NCBI GenBank assembly: GCA_043801585.1
Contig: JAZDLX010000073.1
Location: 1-19,407 of the forward strand
Length of the DNA: 19,407 nucleotides
Source: a bacterium
GTDB lineage: Bacteria; Electryoneota; Electryoneia; Electryoneales; Electryoneaceae
Direction of reading: 5' to 3'
Shown one piece after another: positions 7,990 to 16,435 of this stretch. Numbering within the stretch: position 1 is the stretch's first letter; each line of letters opens with the position of its first letter. Below the pieces are notes generated by a model, which had not been told where the DNA came from, did no database searches, and saw nothing but the letters and a program-made list of their open reading frames with translations. The translations under genes and the position numbers were made by a program.

Positions 7990-10371
7990 CTACACTTTCA
8001 CCCTCCTCGCCCGTTCCCTGTGAAAGAGGCCGTAGAACATCTCCAGGTAGCTGCGTGTTTCCTCCCGCTCCAGGTTTGAAATGAACTTCCAGAATCCGTA
8101 GATGCGTGACAACGTCAGCAACCGCTCTGCGTAAAGACGCCATGTGTACCGTTCATCGACGCGTTGAATCGCTCCGTTGGACAGACGTTTCCACTCGTCG
8201 GGATCGGCGGCGCATTGCTCAAGAAATCCGGCGATCCGTTCCGCGGACCACTCTCCCTGGTTCGGGTCGATGTGAAAACCGGACACCTGGTCCTCGATGA
8301 TCTCCAACGGTCCGCCGAAACGGGTTGCGAATGTTGGCAGTCCGGATGCCATCGCCTCGATCACGGTCAAGCCAAACGCTTCGAACAGCGCAGGCTGAAC
8401 GAATACTCCACGCTTGTCCGCGACGTACCTGTACAGGGCGCCACCAACCTCCCGAGTCACCCGTCCGATCCAACGGACCCTGTGATCCAGACCGTGCTCA
8501 TCGATCAACCGGTGCATCAATTCAATCTGGGAGCGTTCTTCGTCATCCGTCGATTCTGCCGGGTTGACACTCCCCGAAGCAACAAGAACATTCGCAAGAT
8601 CCTTGAGACGGGGGTGCTTTGCATACCAGCGCATGAAGCCGGTGACATTCTTGATGACATCCATTCGGCTGATGAGGAAAATGAGCGGCTTGTCCGGGTC
8701 TTCGATGTGTCCACGGGTACCAGCGAGCCCCTCTTCGAAAACCACACGTTCCATCTCCCGGGTCACCTCGGGATTTCTGCGTTCCGTTTGATGGTAGGGG
8801 AAATAGACCTCGGGATCGGCGCCGGGAGAAACAATATTGAATTTCGGATCGAAGATGTCGACGCCGTGCATGACACGGAAAAGTCCCGGCATGGTGAAGT
8901 TTTCATAGGACTCGTATTGACCGATGCTGCGTTCATTTCCCGCAATTTCCTGGTAAGTCGAGGTGATGACGAAATCGGCGCTGTTCATCGAGATCAGATC
9001 GGCGGAATAGTGGCAGGGGAAGTTGTATTGTTCTTCGTTTTCCCGCCAGTACATCGCCGAGAAGAGATACTTGGTTTTCTCGAGGGCATGTGCGATGTTG
9101 CACTGTGTGACACCCAGCCGCCGAGAGAGCAGAGTGGCAACGAGGTTGCCATCGGAGTAGTTACCGATCAGCAGATCCGGGCGCCCGCCAAGTTCGCCTC
9201 GAATCTCCATTTCAACATCGGCGGCGAACCGTTCCAGGTACGGCCACACCCGGAAACGGCTGATCCAATGGGGGACGACATTACCGCCGGCGTCCCGGAA
9301 GGGCACTCGAACGATGCTTGCGAATTTCGATCCCTTGATCCTCTCCCTCGGCTGATCGCAGGTCGTTCCCCGGGATTCAGGAATCTGGCGGGTGATCACG
9401 ATGATCTGAGGTTCGATGTCGAGTCCATTCAACTCGGCGCGACGCAACATTTCTTTTTCGAGTGCCCGCACCTGGTCAAGGATGTAGACAATCTGCCCAC
9501 CGGTGTCAGGCAGGCCGAGAACGTTCTCCTGTGCGAAAAATCCGTGCGGCGAAAGGATGACGATCGAAAAAATCATCGGTATGCGTGAAAGGAAGGACTG
9601 CAGGTTGTCCGGACTGGGGGCCTCGAGGATATCGGTCAGCATCTGCACTGATTCAAGCGCACGCGCGGCGTTGTTTCCCCACCCCGGCTCGAATCCCAGG
9701 GATTTCATTTTCGGCGCTATTTCGTTCCATGTTGCATCTTTCGGTTGCGCTGCAAGCATTCTTTCTGCCTTGCCAAGTGCATCTCTCAATTTTTCGAGGG
9801 TATCCACCCTGCCGTTCAACATCAACGGATGCTGCCGGTACTGGTGAATTCGCAGGAATTCATGCAGCTTGCGGTCTCCGCCTTCCCCCTCGATGAACAG
9901 GCGGCCGGAGAGATAACGGTTCAGGTATTCGACTCCACGGCCGATGGATCGTTTCTCCCGCATCCGTGGAAAATCCCGCGAAAACGGGTAGAGATCGAAT
10001 TTCAGGACCCATTCGCCGTTGTTCGCATTGGGATCCAGCACTCGTTCCTTGAGAATCAGAAACTCTTCCGCTTTCAGTTCCTTGATTTCAAGAGAACCTG
10101 TTGCAAGAGCGTAATATTGCCACTTCCCGATATCACGCCGAAGGGAAAAACAGATGTGATCCGAATGCGCAACCACTTCCTGTGCCTGACGAAAAAGCCC
10201 CTCAATCAGGGTATCCTTCAGATTTTTACCGTCGTCCTCTTCGATATACCTGTCGAACAGTGTGTTCAGATCCGACGCCAACCAGAAGATTCGGCCATCC
10301 TCCACAAGTTTATGAAGCAATCCTCTGATGGCTGACTCATGCCGTTTCAGAAGGGAATCAATTGTCTTCAT
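7990..10371 (-). CDS. sus: Sucrose synthase (GT4)
   Basis: Motifs IGRGVEYLNRYLS, GFEPGWG, SPHGFFAQENVLGLPDTGGQIVYILDQVRALE, GNYSDGNLVA, CNIAHALEKTKY, ITSTYQEIAG, FDPKFNIVSPG and FVQPALFEAFGLTVIEAM (E-X7-E intact). Preferred ATG at 10371 (MKTIDSLL) follows a GAGGAA RBS, giving 793 aa. Confidence 0.96.
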   Translation of the reverse strand: MKTIDSLLKRHESAIRGLLHKLVEDGRIFWLASDLNTLFDRYIEEDDGKNLKDTLIEGLFRQAQEVVAHSDHICFSLRRDIGKWQYYALATGSLEIKELKAEEFLILKERVLDPNANNGEWVLKFDLYPFSRDFPRMREKRSIGRGVEYLNRYLSGRLFIEGEGGDRKLHEFLRIHQYRQHPLMLNGRVDTLEKLRDALGKAERMLAAQPKDATWNEIAPKMKSLGFEPGWGNNAARALESVQMLTDILEAPSPDNLQSFLSRIPMIFSIVILSPHGFFAQENVLGLPDTGGQIVYILDQVRALEKEMLRRAELNGLDIEPQIIVITRQIPESRGTTCDQPRERIKGSKFASIVRVPFRDAGGNVVPHWISRFRVWPYLERFAADVEMEIRGELGGRPDLLIGNYSDGNLVATLLSRRLGVTQCNIAHALEKTKYLFSAMYWRENEEQYNFPCHYSADLISMNSADFVITSTYQEIAGNERSIGQYESYENFTMPGLFRVMHGVDIFDPKFNIVSPGADPEVYFPYHQTERRNPEVTREMERVVFEEGLAGTRGHIEDPDKPLIFLISRMDVIKNVTGFMRWYAKHPRLKDLANVLVASGSVNPAESTDDEERSQIELMHRLIDEHGLDHRVRWIGRVTREVGGALYRYVADKRGVFVQPALFEAFGLTVIEAMASGLPTFATRFGGPLEIIEDQVSGFHIDPNQGEWSAERIAGFLEQCAADPDEWKRLSNGAIQRVDERYTWRLYAERLLTLSRIYGFWKFISNLEREETRSYLEMFYGLFHRERARRVKV

Positions 10372-12535
10372 TTCCTCGCTCCTGTTCTTCGCCGGGTATG
10401 ACAATGGAACCGAAGAAATCATAGTGCTCGATTCCTTCGATGACACCCCGGGCGTACTCGCCACGGGCAAAGAAAACGTGCGGTTTCCCTTTCAATATCT
10501 TCAGTTCAGGAGAATAATTCCCAACCACGACTCCAAGCACATTTCCGCCGAGCATGTCAGCATCATTCCCGCTGTCCCCGGCAACGAGGATCCGTTCCAT
10601 TGAAAGTCCCCATTTCAGCGACAGGTAGCGAGTTGCCAGCCCTTTGGAAGCACGCATCGGAAGAATGTCAAGGTAGGCGTTGTGCGAATGGATCACGTTG
10701 ACACGGATGCCCTGCTGACGTAGATGGCGAATCACCATGCGTTTACCGATTGGTTTGGCGCCTTCCAGATCGTAACTGATTTTAAAGGGTTGTTGGTTCT
10801 CCTCCGGCTGAAGATGCAATCCCTTCAGGCTGGACATCACCTCGCGGATCCGTTCCGGTTCCCAGCGGTAATCGATATGGGACCTCCAGCCTTTGTCAGG
10901 TGCCACCGGATCACCGTAGTAGATCTGGGTGCCGACATCCGTAATCAGCAGATCGGGTTTTCGCACTCCCCATACCTTGAGCACTTTGAGGGCGCTGTTC
11001 ACATGACGGCCTGTCGCGATTCCAAATCCGACACGACCGCTTTCATTGTCGATTCGACGCATCAGTTCCTGCAGCGCTTCTCCATCGCCCACCAGGGTGT
11101 TGTCGATGTCGCAGATCAGCAGACGGTCGACAATCGGGAGAGGGTTCCGAATTCCCGCGTTGCCGGAAAACGAACGGTGACGGCGGGAAACTTTTCGGAC
11201 TTCGTTCAGATATTTTCTGACATGCCCATTCCAGGAGTAATGCCGTTGCACATTTTTCAGGCCGTTGCGTGACCACCGCTTCCAGCGATGACGGTTTGTC
11301 AATGAGTCGAGAATGGTATTTCCCATTCTCACTGCATCGAGAGGATCGACCAATTCCCCGTTATCGCAGTTGCGAAGGATATCCTGTGGCCCTCCATCAT
11401 TGGTTGCGATCACCGGCAGTCCTGACGCCGCCGCCTCGATCAGGGTCAATCCGAAGGGTTCCGTGAGCGCCGGATTGACAAAGACTCCCCGGGTTTGCGC
11501 TGCCAGACGGTAAAGCGCCGGAATGTCCTCCTGGAGGTGCTGTTTCGGGTAGGCGACAGATCCATAGAGATCGTAACGGTCGATGTCGATGAGCAGTTGG
11601 CGTAAGACTTTTCTCGCACCAGGATCCAGTTCACCAATGGTGTTGCGATTCCCGGCGAGGATCACGAGATTCGCCCGTTTTCTGAGTTCGGGGGTGTTTG
11701 CGAACGCTTCAACCAGCGTCGAGATGTTCTTCCGTTCGTCCGCCCTGCTGATGGCGAGGACAATCGGCTTGTTTGGCACGCGAAGGAAACGGTGCAGCTC
11801 TTTCCGTATTTCGGTATGTTCCTGCCTGCGCTCCGGTGGGCGGTAACGAGACAGGTCGATTCCCGGCGGGATCACTCGTTTCTGGACCGGATCGTACTGA
11901 CCATAGAGGGCGTATTGTTCACCCACTTCCTGTTCGGTGCTGGTGACGACAAACGATGCCGTTTCGAGGGCGACCTCCTCCGCGTCGATTCGCCGGCGGA
12001 TGTTGTAACGGCTTTCAATCGCTTCGTCCGAAAGGCCGCGCGCACGCAGACGAAGTTGTTTCACCCTTCCAAGCGAATGTCCGGTGAATACGAAAGGGAC
12101 CCCCAGCAGACGACTCAGTTGCGCGCCGATATATCCCGCATCCGCGTAATGGCCGTGGATGACATCGGGAATCTTGCGGGATGCGGAGATGTGCCGCACG
12201 ATACCGTCCGCCAGTTCGTCGATATAGGGCCACAGGTTTTCCTTGCGCAGGTAGCGGCGAGGTCCGGCGTCGATGCGGACGATTTTCGCACCGGCCTCAA
12301 GGATTTCCTCGTGTCTGGAGTAGATTGGATCCACTTTGACATCTTGAATACGGCGGGTGATCACTTCGACGGATTCCACTTCATCGGAGCGGGCAAGATG
12401 CCTGGCGAGATCAAGGACGTACAACACCTGGCCACCGGTGTCCGCATCCCGTCCCAATTCCGGTTCGACTCCGCGAATCAGCCCATGTACGGAAAGCAGC
12501 AGGATGTTCAGTTTCTTTCGAGGAACATCAGCCAT
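10358..12535 (-). CDS. sps: Bidomain sucrose-phosphate synthase (GT4) / sucrose-phosphate phosphatase (HAD-IIB)
   Basis: N-terminal SVHGLIRG..ELGRDADTGGQVLYV, HGHYADAG, FTGHSLGR, SRADERKNI and FVNPALTEPFGLTLIEAAASGLP. C-terminal HAD motifs CDIDNTL, ATGR, LDILP.RASKG and AGDSGND. Adjacency to sucrose synthase favours SPS over mannosylfructose-phosphate synthase. Confidence 0.93.
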   Translation of the reverse strand: MADVPRKKLNILLLSVHGLIRGVEPELGRDADTGGQVLYVLDLARHLARSDEVESVEVITRRIQDVKVDPIYSRHEEILEAGAKIVRIDAGPRRYLRKENLWPYIDELADGIVRHISASRKIPDVIHGHYADAGYIGAQLSRLLGVPFVFTGHSLGRVKQLRLRARGLSDEAIESRYNIRRRIDAEEVALETASFVVTSTEQEVGEQYALYGQYDPVQKRVIPPGIDLSRYRPPERRQEHTEIRKELHRFLRVPNKPIVLAISRADERKNISTLVEAFANTPELRKRANLVILAGNRNTIGELDPGARKVLRQLLIDIDRYDLYGSVAYPKQHLQEDIPALYRLAAQTRGVFVNPALTEPFGLTLIEAAASGLPVIATNDGGPQDILRNCDNGELVDPLDAVRMGNTILDSLTNRHRWKRWSRNGLKNVQRHYSWNGHVRKYLNEVRKVSRRHRSFSGNAGIRNPLPIVDRLLICDIDNTLVGDGEALQELMRRIDNESGRVGFGIATGRHVNSALKVLKVWGVRKPDLLITDVGTQIYYGDPVAPDKGWRSHIDYRWEPERIREVMSSLKGLHLQPEENQQPFKISYDLEGAKPIGKRMVIRHLRQQGIRVNVIHSHNAYLDILPMRASKGLATRYLSLKWGLSMERILVAGDSGNDADMLGGNVLGVVVGNYSPELKILKGKPHVFFARGEYARGVIEGIEHYDFFGSIVIPGEEQERGNEDN

Positions 12536-13451
12536 CTTCCATACTCCAGGCTTCGAGGGTCGACTGATACCAGGCTTTTATATTGGGAAGAGCGCCAAGG
12601 ATCGTGCACACCCTGCTCGCAAATTCGGTAGCTCGTTTCACTGTGCGTTCAGCATCCCACCCCTTCAACAATCCGATGATCAGCACCGCGCTAAAGGCAT
12701 CTCCCGCTCCGACCGTATCGACCAGATCACGCAGGGGTTTCGGTTTGACTGCAATCGGCTCCCGGTCTTTCTGCGAATACACCGCCCCGTTTGCTCCATC
12801 GGTCACCACGATCACGGCGATATCCCATTTCCGGCGCATCACTTCAAGATCCTTGACGATGCTCTGTTGAACGCCGCCGGTGAGCTCTTTCAGCTCCGCG
12901 CGGTTCAGCTTCAACCAGCGGGCATGTGAACACGCCATCTCGATTTTTTCGGAGTTATACCACGGGTTTCTCAGGTTCAGATCGACAAATGTGGGCACAT
13001 TCAGCGAGCGCTGGAGTTCGGCCAATGTCTTGCGTGAACGGAGATAGCGCAGCGCCAGGGTGCCGTGGTAAAGCAATGCGGTGTGCTTGTGGTCAGGAGC
13101 GCTGTTCCCGCTGGGCGGTTCGATGAAGTCCCAGGCGACCCCCGGGGTGATTGAATAATGGGGTTCCTTATTCTCGAACGATACCTGAACAAACCCTGTT
13201 TCATGTTCCCGGTCCATCTGCAGCTGGGAGGTATCCATTTTCCATGACACCATCCGTTCACGAACCAGCTTGCCACGTCTGTCCGCACCGACACGGGTAA
13301 TCATCAGCGGAGATTCACCGAGTGCAGCGAGGTGCATCGCAACATTAAACGGCGCCCCACCGAGGACATCCTGGCCGCTTGGAAAGAGATCGAAGAGGAC
13401 TTCGCCAAAGATGACGGGTCGGGATTTCTTTCCAAGCGCTTTCGGAGCCAT
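12528..13451 (-). CDS. PfkB-family carbohydrate kinase, probable fructokinase
   Basis: Motifs FGEVLFD, GGAPFNVA, VGAD..G, DLNLR, LKLN..EL, VT.GA.GA and DTVGAGDAF (catalytic Asp intact). ATG at 13451 with a GAGGT RBS at 13456-13460. Its stop overlaps the sps start (ATGGCTGA). Confidence 0.92.
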   Translation of the reverse strand: MAPKALGKKSRPVIFGEVLFDLFPSGQDVLGGAPFNVAMHLAALGESPLMITRVGADRRGKLVRERMVSWKMDTSQLQMDREHETGFVQVSFENKEPHYSITPGVAWDFIEPPSGNSAPDHKHTALLYHGTLALRYLRSRKTLAELQRSLNVPTFVDLNLRNPWYNSEKIEMACSHARWLKLNRAELKELTGGVQQSIVKDLEVMRRKWDIAVIVVTDGANGAVYSQKDREPIAVKPKPLRDLVDTVGAGDAFSAVLIIGLLKGWDAERTVKRATEFASRVCTILGALPNIKAWYQSTLEAWSMEDG

Positions 13452-13752
13452 CGGAACCTCGATCCAGGGGATACTGATAACGATAAAAAAGTGAAAGAAC
13501 TGTATCATCACAAGAAGGAGCATAATAAGACAACACTCCATCATCAAGTTCGCTTAATAAAGGAGGTGGGCTCACGAGAAAGTCCTCTGAAGAGAGAATA
13601 GGTAATTTTGGGGTATACCACCCGATTGTCCCCGGAGTTCAAGAAGAAAACAAGCTTCAGGGGGCACCGTACGATCACTTGCGCAGAGGCTGTCGAAAAT
13701 CTTACCCTGCACGAGCGAATCTATTCGTTCTCGTCCGAATAGGAGGAGACGC
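13452..13752. promoter_or_regulatory. Divergent promoter region shared by the sucrose operon and the GH31-like gene
   Basis: About 300 nt between divergent starts. Strong AGGAGGAG RBS at 13741-13748. Promoter boxes not assigned. Confidence 0.45.
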
Positions 13753-16251
13753 ATGAACCACAGGATTCATCCCCACAGCGTTGCAAGATTTCAATCTTTC
13801 CTGGCCACCAGCCTGCCCCTGGGAGTGGCAGTTATGACACTCCTCCTGTCAGGATGCCAACGCGGTGGTCGTGCAAGAAGTGTTTTCGAATATTCATCGG
13901 CAACACGTTCGCTCCGGTTGACAGCGGTGCGCGATGATGTTCTTCATATTCAGGTTTACCATCCCGCAGGACAACCCTCTCCCGACCGTGGATGGGTCAT
14001 TCCCGACATGCCGGAGGCTACAGGATCGTTTACGATCAAGGAAGAACCCAGCGTTTGGATGATTTCCACGTCCGCCCTGTCGCTCACCGTGCGCAAACAG
14101 GATGTCGGGATGACGATCCGGAATCGGGCGGGGAGACTCCTGAGTGAAGACATTCGCGCACCCTATCAGGGAAGTCGAGTCGAAACAAGGAAAAAACTGA
14201 CACTTGATCAATCATTCTACGGCACCGGATTGCGGCTTGGACAATTGAATAAAATTGGACGCCGACTCGAATTGTGGAACAGCGATCCCCTGGAGGATGG
14301 CAGCGTCTCACTCGACGAAGACCCGATGCAGATGTCCATTCCTCTTCTGCTTTGTACGCAGGACACCGTCACCTGCGGCATCCTCCTGAATACCACCTGG
14401 CGGGCAGCATACGACATCGGATACAGTTCACCCGATGAACTGCGGATATCCGCCGACGGCGGGACACTCGATTACCTCCTCTTCTATGGACCTTCCATTC
14501 AGCAAGTCCTTAAAACGTGCGCCGATTTTCTTGGGTATCCTCCGTTGCCACCCATCTGGGCACTCGGACTGCAGATCCCGATCACGCCATCGGCTCCGTT
14601 CGCCGATCTGCACAACACAGCCGAAGAGATACGTAAACACAACATCCCCTGTGACATTCTCTGGATCGATCACAGCCTGAGAAGCCACGGCAGGATCTTC
14701 ACGTGGGATTCAAATCAGGTGCCTAACCCTGTGGAATTTCTTGGCGATCTTCACAGCATGGGATACCGAGTGCTGGCAGAGGTGGACCCGGGAGTTCGCT
14801 ACAGTCCCGATGCCAACTATCAGACGTTTGACCAGGGTGTTCGCGGAGATCTGTTTCTGACGACACCCGAGGGCCATTTTTACGTCGGTCAGGGCGCCTC
14901 GGGCAGTGCAGTCTTTCCCGACATTACGCTGCCGAAAGCGTGCGACTGGTGGACGCAGCAGGTTGACTCATGGACACGCACCGGCATCGATGGCGTCTGG
15001 ATCACGAGAAATGAACCTCTTGCCGGTGAGCCGAAAACCGGGATGCCGTTGGACCTTCGGTTTGACGGTAATGGAAACCGCACGGATCTCCGTGAAGCTC
15101 ACAACATCTATTCCGATCTGTTCACATCCGCGACTCGCAAGGGTCTGGACAGTGCACATCCCGGGCAAAGGACGTTTGTCGCCACGGAATCCGGTTACGC
15201 AGGCGTCATCCGCAACGCATCAACCTGGATGGGTGTGATTCCGACAACATGGATCCATTTCAAGGTGGTTCCATCGGCATTGCTGAACCTGTCCCTCTCC
15301 GGCGTTGGATTCGCCGGTGTGGACATTGGAGGTGCCACACGGATCACCGATACAGAACTTTACATCCGGTGGTTTGAACTTGCCGCCTATACGCCGTTGA
15401 TGCGCCACCGGCCGATTCAAAGCGAGAGTACCGTTTCACCCTGGTCCCAGGGACGGCAGGCGGAAGCTATCGCCCGAAAGGTGACAGCAGAGCGTTATCG
15501 GCTCATCCCTTACTGGTACAGCCTGATGCAGGATTATTCCCGCACGGCGATTCCCCCGATGCGTCCCTTGTTCTTCGATCGCGCATACGACAACGATCCA
15601 AACGCGAAGAATCTGGTCGATCAATGGCTTGTGGGTCCAAACCTGCTCGTCGCCCCGGTGATCGAGCGGGGAACTCGAACACGAACGGTCTACCTTCCCG
15701 CTGGAGCGTGGACGGAGATCCGGACAGGACGGGTCTATGAAGGACCCCTTCGAGTAACCGTGGACGCCCCTCTCGACGAAATTCCGATTTTCGCTCGAGA
15801 AGGTGCCATCATTCCATCCTGGCCACTGGTTCAGTCACTCAGTGAGAACAAACCGGATACACTGATTCTCGATCTCTACGCTCAAACTCCCGGCGTTACA
15901 GGATCGTTCGTTTTCACAGCGGATGATGGTATTACGGTGCACTCTGGCAAGTGCATCAGCACCTTCAAGCTCGCCCGGAGCGGAACTGAGTATCGTTTGG
16001 ATCTGAAACAGGATCGAAAGGGATTTATCCCCATCGAAACTCATTTCCTTCTCATCTTTCACCACCTAAGCTCACCGCCGTCGAGTGTCGTCTTTCGATC
16101 CGGGAATGACGCAGCAACAACGCTGCTGCGCAGCGATGGGGAACCGATGCCGTTTACCTGGACGTGGGACGCAAAAAGTGAAACGGTGCGTGTCCTTGTG
16201 CCCCAGCAGGACGAACGCCAATCGGTTGAATTGTTGACCGCAAGCCGCTGA
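13753..16251 (+). CDS. GH31 (alpha-glucosidase-fold) lipoprotein, probably catalytically inactive
   Basis: GH31 scaffold motifs LPPIWALG, IPCD, FTWD, DPGV, FPD, HNIY, LNLSLSG, DIGG, ELYIRWF, RYRLIPY, MRPLF, LLVAPV, VYLPAG.W and IPIFAREGAIIP. Lipobox LLSG/C (Cys35, 13855-13857). Nucleophile motif reads WITRNE (canonical W.DMNE) and acid/base motif reads WMGVI (canonical W.GD). Confidence 0.9.
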   Translation: MNHRIHPHSVARFQSFLATSLPLGVAVMTLLLSGCQRGGRARSVFEYSSATRSLRLTAVRDDVLHIQVYHPAGQPSPDRGWVIPDMPEATGSFTIKEEPSVWMISTSALSLTVRKQDVGMTIRNRAGRLLSEDIRAPYQGSRVETRKKLTLDQSFYGTGLRLGQLNKIGRRLELWNSDPLEDGSVSLDEDPMQMSIPLLLCTQDTVTCGILLNTTWRAAYDIGYSSPDELRISADGGTLDYLLFYGPSIQQVLKTCADFLGYPPLPPIWALGLQIPITPSAPFADLHNTAEEIRKHNIPCDILWIDHSLRSHGRIFTWDSNQVPNPVEFLGDLHSMGYRVLAEVDPGVRYSPDANYQTFDQGVRGDLFLTTPEGHFYVGQGASGSAVFPDITLPKACDWWTQQVDSWTRTGIDGVWITRNEPLAGEPKTGMPLDLRFDGNGNRTDLREAHNIYSDLFTSATRKGLDSAHPGQRTFVATESGYAGVIRNASTWMGVIPTTWIHFKVVPSALLNLSLSGVGFAGVDIGGATRITDTELYIRWFELAAYTPLMRHRPIQSESTVSPWSQGRQAEAIARKVTAERYRLIPYWYSLMQDYSRTAIPPMRPLFFDRAYDNDPNAKNLVDQWLVGPNLLVAPVIERGTRTRTVYLPAGAWTEIRTGRVYEGPLRVTVDAPLDEIPIFAREGAIIPSWPLVQSLSENKPDTLILDLYAQTPGVTGSFVFTADDGITVHSGKCISTFKLARSGTEYRLDLKQDRKGFIPIETHFLLIFHHLSSPPSSVVFRSGNDAATTLLRSDGEPMPFTWTWDAKSETVRVLVPQQDERQSVELLTASR

Positions 16252-16380
16252 TCATAAAACCTTCTTATACCCGTTCACCATGAAACGGAGATGCAGCAGC
16301 AAGTGCGTGATCGGCACGTTCGCTGGCGATCAATGTTGACGACCTATGACAAACCAGGGACTCAGCACCTGTCCTGACCT

Positions 16381-16425
16381 GAAAAGCAACCGCCGCTCTC
16401 TTGACCAGAGCGGCGGTTGCTTTTC
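16381..16425. terminator. Probable bidirectional intrinsic terminator between the convergent GH31-like and repeat-lipoprotein genes
   Basis: Perfect 19-bp inverted repeat GAAAAGCAACCGCCGCTCT / AGAGCGGCGGTTGCTTTTC with a 7-nt loop and a short T-run on each strand, 10 nt beyond the minus-strand stop at 16436. Extra outer pairing CTCAGCA (16361-16367) / TGCTGAG (16428-16434). Confidence 0.8.
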
Positions 16426-16435
16426 GATGCTGAGA

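Noticed and set aside
8164..9588. 474-aa plus-strand ORF
   Set aside because: Entirely antisense to sucrose synthase with no recognisable motifs. It is a typical shadow ORF produced by codon bias.
10372..10470. Extended N-terminus of sucrose synthase in the ORF track
   Set aside because: It would overlap sps by more than 110 nt. ATG 10371 has an RBS and gives a typical ~790-aa SuSy.
11792..12929. 279-aa and 190-aa plus-strand ORFs
   Set aside because: Antisense shadows of sps and the PfkB kinase, with no motifs.
13452..13547. Hydrophobic N-terminal extension on the PfkB kinase (apparent membrane anchor)
   Set aside because: ATG 13451 has a GAGGT RBS and sits just before the first PfkB strand. 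The extension is more likely translated AT-rich intergenic DNA.
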